Positions 1 through 10,407 of a stretch of DNA of 64,000 bases are shown piece by piece. This stretch comes from Entomortierella parvispora E1425 (Eukaryota > Fungi > Mortierellomycota), in contig BQFW01000009.1 in assembly GCA_020891255.1 (NCBI GenBank), positions 1 through 64,000 of the forward strand. The letters run 5' to 3'. The notes under the pieces are model-generated. The model made no database searches. It was not told where the DNA came from and saw only the letters and a program-made list of their open reading frames with translations. How positions within the stretch are numbered: the first letter of the stretch is position 1; each line of letters begins with the position of its first letter. A program made the translations under genes and the position numbers.

Positions 1-140
1 CTAAAAACCCTAAAAACCCTAAAAAACCCTAAAAAACCCTAAAACCCTAAAAACCCTAAAAAACCCTAAAAAACCCTAAAAAAACCCTAAAAAAACCCTA
101 AAAAACCCTAAAAAACCCTAAAAACCCTAAAAAACCCTAA
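1..140 (-). repeat. Telomeric repeat array, (CCCTA4-7)n on + strand = (T4-7AGGG)n; left chromosome end
   Basis: About 15 consecutive CCCT+A-run units from base 1, with A-runs of 4 to 7 (mostly 5-6). The C-rich strand at the 5' end is the orientation expected for a left telomere. Confidence 0.95.
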
Positions 141-284
141 TTTTAGGGTTTATACGCCCTAAACTCGCGTATTTGAACAGTTTAACGACGTCCTGGAGCG
201 TCTTTGCATCGTTTGCACCATTCAGATCGACTGTAAGATGCGTTTTTCTGTTATTTCCTAAAAAGGAAATGTGTCGATGTTCGG

Positions 285-370
285 TGGCTTAGGCTTCCTG
301 GACTATTAGGTGTTCCTTTTGTTTGCTTTTGCTCCCGGGTTCGAATCCGGGCTCGGCCTCGCTTTTCTGA
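285..370 (+). promoter_or_regulatory. Pol III B-box with weak A-box (degenerate tRNA-like / TFIIIC site)
   Basis: Perfect GGTTCGAATCC at 338-348 in a T-arm-like hairpin, TGGCTTAGG at 285, and TTTT shortly after. Acceptor and anticodon stems are poor, so this is not called a functional tRNA. Confidence 0.35.
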
Positions 371-1522
371 AGATATAAAAACAAGGTGTTTTTTTTCTCT
401 CGTAGAGATATAAGATACGGTGCATTAGAGAGCTCTCACCATAAGTATTCCACCTGGCCAAAAACATCGTCAATCCATAAGGTGGATCTTGAGCAATTGC
501 ATTTTTGAATCTCTTTTTTTGTGAAAATCGAACGCCTGTTTCTTGATATCTACGTTGACGACCAAGGTGATTTTCATATGGGGAGGTGCTAGTTTATCAG
601 AGGTCTATATTCATAAAGAAAAGTAGGCGAGTGACAAGGTGGTTCATGTGTAATTGCTGTTCTTATATTTCGTTTTTTTTTGGAAAAAAAATCTCTCTTA
701 AGATGGAGGAGTGAAGTGGTGACAGGAGCCGAGAGCTAGCCACTTAGACACTTCGTAGCTGCATTTCACGAAGTATGAGAAGGGGAAAGAGCGAAGTCTG
801 CAGTTTGGGGTGAGAGATCGACTGTTGGGCGCTTGAAAGGACAATCCACTAGCAACAGGAGACCGAGTGTGAACCGTGCACATGCTTGCTCTCTCGAGAC
901 TTCAGCGAGGAACTTGCAGCTCTCTCAAACAGTTTTTACTCTCCTCATCGTGCATGTAGACAAGAACATCAGCTCGTGCAGTTGTCACGTAGTTTTTTTA
1001 TACGCTAGACAAAAGTAGGAACAAGAGGGCAGAGACGAGGGCGCAAAACAAAAGAGACTGTGGTGACTTTGCCCTGGAACCGTCTCGTTCCTCGCTACTG
1101 CATGCTCTGCCTGAGGGCCAGAGAAATCTAGCAGTTGATGGTGGAGATGACTTACCTGAGAAGTGCGCGCCCCTGAATTAAGGACTTCATGTTTCCTGCA
1201 TGCCTCCCGTTTGTCGCATGTCCACTCTGGTTCATGGCTAGAATGAATGAGCTTTCTCCGTATGATTAGATGTAAAAGAAGTTGTTGACGACAAAGGGAA
1301 GGAGTAGCGAGCAACGCGTGAGAACGGAAGGAGAAAGCGAGAGGAAACGCCCAAGCTTGCGTCAACACGAAAAGAAGAGAGCGAAAACGAAGACAGGGGC
1401 ACAAAAGACCCGCTGATGTTTGATGTAAGAGTCGAGTTGGATGCATTGGGTCGGTTGAGACGGCGGCCGCAAAAGGTGAAAGATGTGAGCTCGATTCATT
1501 GGAGGAGAAGGATGCACGAGAT

Positions 1523-1918
1523 GAGATGCAACAGAGAAAAGAGATGCAGCAAAGAAGAGAGATGCAACAGAGAAGAGAGATGCAACAGAGAAGAGAGATG
1601 CAACAGAGAAGAGAGATGCAACAGAGAAGAGAGATGCAACAGAGAAGAGAGATGCAACAGAGAAGAGAGATGCAACAGAGAAGAGAGATGCAACAGAGAA
1701 GAGAGATGCAACAGAGAAGAGAGATGCAGCAAAGAAGAGAGATGCAACAGAGAAGAGAGATGCAACAGAGAAGAGAGATGCAACAGAGAAGAGAGATGCA
1801 ACAGAGAAGAGAGATGCAACAGAGAAGAGAGATGCAACAGAGAAGAGAGATGCAACAGAGAAGAGAGATGCAACAGAGAAGAGAGATGCAACAGAGAAGA
1901 GAGATGCAACAGAGAAGA
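1523..1918 (+). repeat. 18-bp minisatellite (GAGATGCAACAGAGAAGA) x22
   Basis: Near-perfect tandem copies. The variant GAGATGCAGCAAAGAAGA occurs at copies 2 and 12. Confidence 0.97.
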
Positions 1919-3075
1919 GAGAAGAGAGATACAAAAAGAAAAAGGGATGCAGGAGACGAGAGATGCAAGAGAGGAGAAAGATTCAAAAAAGAAGACGGAT
2001 GCAAGAGGCGCGAGGACAGAGGAAGGATGCAAGAGTCTAGGAGAACAGGAATCGAGACGAGAGAGACGAGAGAGACGAAAGGAAAGGGATGCAAAAGTCG
2101 AGACGAACAGGGATGCAGCAGACGAGACGGAGGGATGCAAGAAATGTGGAATGCAGGAGACGAGAAGGTCGAAGGATGCAAGAGACGAGATGGATGCAAG
2201 AGACGAGATGGATTCAAGAGACGATGTGGATGCTAGAGACGAGATGGATGCGAAGGACGAGATAGATGCAAGGGACAAGATGAAATGCAAGAGACACGAT
2301 GAATGCAAGAGATGAGATGGATGCAAGGGACGAGATGGATGCAAGGGACACGATGAATGCAAGAGATGAGATTGATGCAAGGGACGAGAGGGATGCAAGG
2401 GACGAGAGGGATGCAAGGAGCAAGACGGATGCAAGGGGCAAGATGGATGCAAGGGACGAGAGGGATGCAAGAGACGAGAGGCATGCAAGGGACGAGAGGG
2501 AGAGGACGAGATGAATGCAAGAGATGAGATGAATGCAAGAGACGAGATGGATGTAAGAGACGAGAAGGAGAGGACGAGATGAATGCAAGAGACCTGAGGG
2601 ATGCAAGAAGGATGGGTTGAGATGGTAAGAGAAGGGAGGGAGACAGAAGGGAGAAGAAGACACAAGTTCCATCCAACAAGCAAGGCAACAAACAAAAACC
2701 GCTCCCTCACCCTTCGGCCTTTTTTTTTTCGGACAAATGGAGGCTGCACTGGCCCCATCCAAAAGAACAATGGTCTTGGGAAGGAAGAGGACAGGAGGAA
2801 AGAGAGAAGAGGAGGAACAAGAGGAAAGAGAAGAGGAGGGACAAATGCGAGGAGAAGAGAGGGACAAGAGGGAAGAGAAGAGACGGACAAAAGGGGAGAG
2901 ACGAAGAGGGACAAGAGGGAGGAGAAGAGAGGGACAACAGGGAAGAGAAGAGACGGACAAAAGGGAGACGGACAAGAGGGAAGACAAGAGGAAAGAGAAG
3001 AGGAGGGACAAGAGGCAAGAAGAGAGGGAGGAGGAGACGGACAAGAGGGGAGAGAAGAGACGGACAAGAACAACA
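1919..3075 (+). repeat. Degenerate GGATGCAAGAGACGAGAT repeats followed by purine-rich GA repeats
   Basis: Diverged ~18-bp units continue to ~2600, then GAGGGACAAGAGGGAAGAGAAG-like units run 2780-3070. Confidence 0.85.
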
Positions 3076-4131
3076 GTGGATCCGAGACGAACGACCCGGG
3101 ACATGCACATGGGCGTCTTTCCGTCTGGCGTGGCCCGTCCCCGCAACAGCGAATCCAACAACAAGCGAGACAAAAAAAAAGACAAAGTTCAGGCACGATC
3201 GATCAGTCCATGCGGGGACTCATCCAAACGGGGACTCATCCACGCGGAGGATCCCTGATTTTTAGTTTTTTTTTTTTTTGGGTTGGCTCCAGCAGCAGCG
3301 TCTTCATCCCAAGACTGCATATCATTCAACTCTTGGGCGGTCATGCACAACTCGTGGGGATGCAAACGGGGTTGTCACAATCTCAGAGACGAAGAGCTTG
3401 AAGGGCAAGAGGGGATAGATCAAACAGATAAGTGCGAGAGGAAGAAAAACAGGGGAGAAAGAAAAGAAACGATCAGTCCATGCGACAACAAACGAAAGTA
3501 AGGGGCAGGGTCTTGGTTTTTTTTTTCCTCGCCAGCAGCTGTAAACTGCTCCTCCAAGAATTACTCCTCCCTTAGATGGACATGTCCACTCTGATGCGGA
3601 AATAGGTTGTCACGGTCGGCAGCGCAACAGGTCTCTTCGTTTGTTGCGGCACAGGGAGAGAGCTGGATCAACCCGTCAGAACATGAGAACATTGGTCGAC
3701 GTGATTTTTTTCTGAGGTTTCCTCTGCTGGTCGAGTTCAAAGGCATTTGTTTCCAACAAGTCAAGGTCGAGTTAGCACCCTCAGTCCGGCCACGAGCGAA
3801 TGCCGTAAATGGAAGAGAAAAGAAGAATGGAAGAGACAAGAGGGAAAGACGAGATGGCAAGCCCAAGAAGGTTGGAGGTAAAGAGAGTAGAGGGAAAGGA
3901 GAGAAAAAGTGACCAGTTCAGGGACGATCAGTCGAGAAGGAAGGGAAGAGAAGAGAGGGGGCAAGAGAAAGAGAGTTCAGGAACCAAAACACGGTTCAGA
4001 GTCGCTGACTTTTGGTACCAGCGGCTACTCTACATCCCAATGTAGGCACGAGCGAGAGTTGCGATGGTTTGTGATCCAGCGGAGAGGACTAATTCAGCGC
4101 GTCAGGACGCGATTTTTTTTTTTTTTGGTTC

Positions 4132-4282
4132 CAAGTCAAGGACAATCAATCGGGTCTCCATTAATCCGACCATGAACGAATGCTGTGGGTCTACCTCCAT
4201 GGCCTCTTCTTACGCGCTCACCCATCAATCGCACCCTACCACTGGGCATGTATCTGTGCTTCTTCTCTCAGCGATCCAGGGG
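4132..4282 (+). repeat. Dispersed non-coding repeat, copy A (copy B ~10650-11150, copy C ~34240-34600)
   Basis: Shared blocks such as CATTAATCCGACCATGAACGAATGCTG (A, B) and ATGTAT(C/T)TGTGCT (A, B, C). B and C also share ACATTTGGGTTAGGCAG. Confidence 0.8.
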
Positions 4283-4808
4283 TGAATCCGCGCTCCTGGG
4301 ACAAAGAGAAATCAATTATCTAATCTCTGACATGGCGTACTTGCATTTCTTACATGGCGTACCCGGCATGGTGTGCTCTCTCGTGCTGCCAACTGCGACC
4401 AGTTGCCACAGACAATATCACGCCTCTGAGGACCCTTTCTTTGTCCCCTTCATCTCTTCTATCAACAATCAACAGACACATTCATCGCTATTTGGACTTC
4501 ATGGATAACATTTTTGTGGCCAGGTTCACTTATCGACATTAGAAAAGATGGGGGAGATCCATTTTTTGTGACATTTTACTCTTCTTTATTACACGGTGAC
4601 GAGCCGCGGCATTTGCTGTAGATAGTTTGGTCTCGCACTTCACTTCTTTGGCTCAACGTAGCAAATAAAATGTTGCCAAAAAAAAAAAAAAAAAAAGGAG
4701 AGAGAGGGATAAAAGGGAAGACAAGAGAAGAGACAGAAGAGTACGGACAACCTATTTGTGCCAAACTCCACAATTGCAACACCATAAACATACGGCGACT
4801 TTATTTTA

Positions 4809-7384
4809 TCATGCAGCTGTGACCAAATCGCCAAATAGCTTGTTTTGAAGCTCTTCAAGGCTAACATGCAGTACGTCCGGAAAGTCCTTGATTTTGCCAG
4901 TGTGATTGGGCTTGCCGGGTTTCCCATGGATATAGACAATCTGGAAGTCTTCCACAGCCCGAATATCCTCCACTAGTTGACCATCCTTGGATATTAGTTC
5001 CTTCCTACGGACGACGAACTTCCTCGTTACAGGGTTGATATCAGCCTCATGTTGGCCACCAAACGCACTGTCAAGATGCTTTTCAATCTGGTTTCTATGA
5101 TCAGACGTGCGAGTATTTGGGATAGTGGGACGTTCGAAAGCCTTCTCAATATTGGCGGAGTCGACATTGTGCGTGGCGAAGTCAGACAGGGATACTTGAA
5201 TAAACGTATGGCCACTTATGTAGTCAAATCGCGGATACCCTTTGAAACATCGTAGCAGTACGTTCTCACTGACGATGAAAGGAGGATCCTCAAGAAACTT
5301 GACCGAATTGGACCTTATGACGACAGGTACTTTTTGCTTGCCGGCAAGATCAGTTGCATCCAGAATTACTTTCGAATGTCGCACTAGGAAGGAGAAGAGA
5401 GCGTCCTCAAATTGTTCGCCTGTCGGATTACCGTCCGTGATAGCCTTCATCGTATCTCGAGGGAGTGGCATGGACCTGTAGATGTCGAGGAGAGCATCCT
5501 TGGCAGCCGGGCATAGGGTGCGGTATTCCGTACGAGCCGCTACTCGCATCCGATACACCAGCCCGAGGTCCATGAATTGATAGTCGAAGCCCCTGTTCTC
5601 AAAATCGAATTCGCCTTCTTTTCGAGGAAGAAAGATAGCTGCGAGAGCATGCCGATGCGAATGTTGCTGAACTTTATCGAGACCCCTGAAATATGTGTAC
5701 GCCTCCTGATAAAATGCCTGATGCCGTTGCTCTTGGAATTCTATCATTCGGGACAAAAGGTCGCTTTCGGTGAAGGTGACTGGATCGATTGCGGGTGATT
5801 GTTGTGAGTCCAATTGTTGTTCAGCGGTAGTCAAGCCTTTGCGGACATATACCGCCATGTTGACCAGCTCACGTGGGACGCGGTTTGTGATCTCCTTGAC
5901 TTTGTCCTTGATCGCTGGTCTTGATAGCATTGGGTCCATATGTAACAGCTTGTCGAAGACGGTATCGGACAGAGGGGTGACAAATTCCAGCCATTGCCAC
6001 ATGTCACTTCTGACGTATTGTCTTTCAAATTTTGCATGTGCCGTGCCAGTCAAGACCACCCGTGCCCCTCTACTGGTTTCGCGCCAAGCGGCAAGCTGCA
6101 TCAGTTGGTTGAGAATCACGTGCTTCTTGGGTATGGGCGGGTCTTGTTCAAAGAGTGCGCCATGCTCGTCAATAACCAAGAGAGTCTTTGTTTCCGGTTG
6201 TTGCAGTAGCTCGTGGAGGATGCTGTTAGCCGCACGGTTGAAGACTTCCTCTGGTTTCGGTCTCAATAATGTCATCTCGGCGAAGTTGGCGGAAGTCAAT
6301 ATGTCTTTGTTGAGTGGTAGAAATCGTGCACAGATAGCCTTGGCTATTCCCTGCGAGTCGTCCAAGGCCAACTCGTTTGCATCTGATACGTAGAGTAATA
6401 ACCATCCCTCAGCATATGCTTTGGCTGCAAGAAAGAGCGCAAGGTACGATTTGCCGACACCCATTGGACCTGACAGGATCCTTCTGATCGGCCGATCGCT
6501 ATTGCTGGAAAGCAGGCGCCACATTTCCACCATCTGCTCGGTGATAAAGAACGACAGTTTCTGGTAGCCTTCTCCGTAATGCTTGGGTCTTTGACCTATC
6601 GATGGTAACGTGATTTCCTGGCCGACTTCCAAATTGTTCAACGCCTGCTTGAAATCTTTGCGCGGCGCAGGTGCGAACTTTTCTTCTTTGAGCATGTGGA
6701 CCAACTCAGGCGGCAATTCCACAGATTGATCCTTGGCATCGTAATTCTTCCACTCACTAATCCTTGGCCGCTTTTGTGGATCCTCATGTTCGTGTTCGAT
6801 TCCCCTTTTGAGTTCTAGAATAGGAGAGGGTAATAGGGGTGAGTGAATGAATGCAGTAAACTGATGGCACTGAGACGTAATCATCAGACTCAGGCTCTAC
6901 GTGGGCTACTTCATGATTGACATACCTGACTGCGGCGAGCTAGGACGAGTTTTATCTAGGACATGGTGAAAAGGAAAGGTTAGAACAATAAGCTTACAAG
7001 GAAACAACTGAAATGACAAACAATCGTCACATGATGACCACAGCACGAGCAACAACTAGAGAAAGGCAAAGCTGCATTACCTGGTGGTTTTTGGACGAGG
7101 ATATAGGTACCATCTGCATCAAGTGCAAGACTGGAGACAAATTCCCGTGGATCAAGCTTCACTTTTTCGGGTAGCTTCTCGACATCAAGTATGCTCTTCT
7201 TGTCAACGTCATGGGGCTTGGTCCATTTGTAAAGGATGAGATCAATCGAGCGTGTTTCAAGAAGCAAAATCTTGTTGATGGCCCTCTTGAGGTCATCAAC
7301 GGTGGGATGAGGTTCGGTAGGAATGACCGAGAAGGATTCATCAAGGGCTCTTCCATCGTCGATGCACCAGTATGTTCGTTCCAT
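4809..7384 (-). CDS. CRN1: Crinkler-family effector (Ubl header + P-loop NTPase + REase-like), join(7384..7081,6955..6926,6814..4809), ~779 aa
   Basis: Header motifs YWCIDDG..TVDDLKRAI..LILYK..YILVQKPP. Two GT-AG phase-1 introns join the exons in frame. Walker A GPMGVGKS, Walker B LLVIDEH, and PRFDYI..FIQVS nuclease-like motif. Confidence 0.88.
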
Positions 7385-7564
7385 CGTAACGAGAGGTGAT
7401 GAAAGTGGAAAGTGGTGAAGAGTCCGCAGTCAGAAAAGCGCGACGTGCATGGTCAGTATGATGCACGCAGACCATGCGATTCTCATCGCTGTAATTTACT
7501 TCGGTGATATCATTCACGCGCCCATTGTGTGAAGGTCGGGCGCATGCAAAATGGAAAAAAAAAA

Positions 7565-10058
7565 CGAAAAATATATACGTAGCCACAGGAAGTCTGTCCG
7601 TCGCCACATCACACAAATGGTGGCTTAGCTGAAGTAATGTTTTCATTTGACCATCTCGTCTCGCTGGACACATGGCAACCCTGATGAACCACTTTGCTCA
7701 TTGAACTATCGAAACTAAGGAGATCCATTCACCAACCATCTGTCCATCTATGACAAGCTACTACTCTATGCATCTACTGCACGGAAGCGTTTGACATGCA
7801 CCCCCCGCATTCGGCTGCCAGCCTCAGGGTCAACCGTAATAGGCTCGTTGCTTCTAGCCTTGTGGAGGATAGTATGTGCACATGGAATTCCCATTACTCT
7901 AGTGAAGACATCGGTGCATGCAGGCAGAGTTGTATCTCTAGTTCGTTTAACCTGGGAATGGAATTCCTTCAGAGCAAACAAGGAAATCTTTTTGCGTATC
8001 AGAGCAAAGGCAAGGGATTCCCCGTAGGAAGGTGCGCATGTCATATCGTCCCTGGTTTTGAGCTCGATCTGCTTTGTCTGGTTGTTGATATAGTCCTCGT
8101 AGCATGTCAATGCATGAGTCATTGTGCCTCCACGCTGACCTATAAACTTTTTGTAGACTCCATGAGCGCCCTCGTTAATAGAAGTCGAGGAGTGCTTGAA
8201 GTGACGATGTTTGTTGGTCCATGCTTTAACAAAGCGGTGTTTGTGTTCGATCCATTGAGTGTTGATATAAATAAGCATGACCTTCAGCTTATTCTCCGGC
8301 AGGCCAGCATCCACCCCCAGACAAGCAAGATTTGCCTCAAATTCTTCCTCCGTCTCTGAGCAAATAAGAGCTTCGAAGGATGTCATAAACTTATCACGGA
8401 TTACGTCGTCGTTGGAAACCTGGCTAACCATCTTTTCGACGTTTTTCCTTACGTGCCATCCACAGAGGAGATTCATCGCATCTGGAAGCAGTTCGCTGAG
8501 TGCGTTCATCAGGGCCTTTTCCGTATCTGTGAGAATAATCTTGGTGTTGCGAACCTCTGGCGCGTAGTCAATGAGCCGCTGTATCGCCCACTCATAGTCA
8601 GATCCTGTTTCACTAGAAATGAACGCGCCTGCGACAGAAAATGTCTGGTTTGTCGCTGTAAATCCTACTACATGGAGAAAAGGCAGTCGCGCCGAATTGG
8701 TCTTGTACGTGCAGTCCATAGACAGAACTCTGGAGAATTGACGCAAGAGAGCTAGGGACGCAGGATGCATGATAAATAAGGCTTTGAGCGTTCCGTCGCC
8801 GTTGGATTTGATGTCGAATTTTATACCCTTCGACACCAAATCTTGGAGAGAGCTCTGTAGCGGGTTGAGTCCACCTCTGTGCTTCGCCTGATGACTGTGG
8901 ACAATATTCTGGACTTTCTTTGCTGACAAAATCCTTCCACCTCCTTGTGCCTGGAACATGGAGGCAACCTTCGTAGGGGAGTGAGTTTTGTGATACCAGT
9001 CCAGTATCGTCTTTTCGTCGTCTTCAGTAACCGTGTAGCCTTGGGGCATTGTATGCAAATCTCCGAGCGGATGGTTATGTATAAAGCGGCCTCCAGTGAC
9101 ACTGTACTGGCACACGTCCCTGTTGGCCTTGTCGCGAGACATATACAGGACAAATTTGCAATCCGTTAGGCGTGTGGTGTTGTGCTCGCGACTTACGATC
9201 TTGTTCCCATTCGCGTTGACCGAGTTGGCTCCTTCGGCTGGTGCTTTCTGGTTTGGGCGGTATTTACCAGCACGAGCACATCCGACACTAATTGTCTCAC
9301 CCCGGCTTTTACGGATTTTCTTGAGTGCAAACCCTTTGGAACGACAGAATTCCTGGTAATGATCAAAAGCATCCTTGAGGCTAGGGAACTTTCTCTCTTG
9401 CACAGAAGCGAAGTCGCTAGACACGTCCACTTCTACTTCATCGCTGTGGTGCAAAGGTAAGCAGGTAAGAGATATGGTTATGAAAATCCGTTCGATGTTT
9501 AATTAAGGTAGCACATACGGTTCCAGGACTGAATCTCTTCGCTGTGCAACTGGTTCGAGGGTTTGGGGTGAAGACAGCGAAGCGATGGACATTGAATTTG
9601 GAGGGCCACAAGATACAGCGGCAGTTTGAGGAGAGGGAGTGATGGGAGTGAGCAAAAGAGGAGTGCTATGGACGAAGTGGTCTTTTCTTCTGAACACATC
9701 CCTAGACCTCGGCAGCTTGTTTCGGAATCCAGTCCAAAACCCAACCCGGCAAAAAAGAGAAACGAAAAGGGGGCGGCGAAAGAGAACGGTTGACCCTGAG
9801 GCTGGCAGCCGAATGCGGGGGGTGCATGTCAAACGCTTCCGTGCAGTAGATGCATAGAGTAGTAGCTTGTCATAGATGGACAGATGGTTGGTGAATGGAT
9901 CTCCTTAGTTTCGATAGTTCAATGAGCAAAGTGGTTCATCAGGGTTGCCATGTGTCCAGCGAGACGAGATGGTCAAATGAAAACATTACTTCAGCTAAGC
10001 CACCATTTGTGTGATGTGGCGACGGACAGACTTCCTGTGGCTACGTATATATTTTTCG
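7565..10058 (-). mobile_element. Autonomous MULE/Mutator DNA transposon with 273-bp TIRs
   Basis: 7565-7837 is the reverse complement of 9786-10058 (no mismatch seen). A-runs flank both sides (A10 left, A9 right), compatible with a 9-bp TSD. Encloses an intact transposase. Confidence 0.93.
7766..9592 (-). CDS. MULE transposase (FAR1-like N-terminus, DDE core, SWIM-like), join(9592..9519,9443..7766), ~583 aa
   Basis: MDCTYKTN, ILTDTEKAL, LCGWHVRKN, STSINEGAH and GIPCAH motifs. A 75-nt GTATGT..CACAG intron restores an ATG-initiated frame. Confidence 0.9.
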
Positions 10059-10407
10059 AAAAAAAAAGTCAGTGTGGGTTGTCGTGAATTCGTGATCCCA
10101 TGCATCACGTGACTCCTACATGTTGAACCTCAGCTCTTCGACCTCTAGGTTCCTAGGCCGGCTCCCGGCCCATAGGCTCCCTTGGATGGCCCTCCGGCTC
10201 ATCAGATCCCTTGAAGCCGGCACCGCCAACGCAAACCTTCAGGATACTCCGGATCCAATGAATAAGTCCCTCATTATTACCTATAGAACATAGCAACATC
10301 TTTGTCCCGCGCTGAGTGCTCGCGCCTATAAAAGAGAGGCTTTCAGCCTCTCTGAATAAATCAGTTTTATCTTTCTTTTTATACAACTCATCTTCCTTCC
10401 CCTTTGC

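Noticed and set aside
985-3401. Long overlapping ORFs in several frames (CNREER, MQQRRE, LLCCIS repeats)
   Set aside because: They arise because the 18-bp and GA-rich repeat units lack stop codons; no domain, splice or codon evidence for a real protein.
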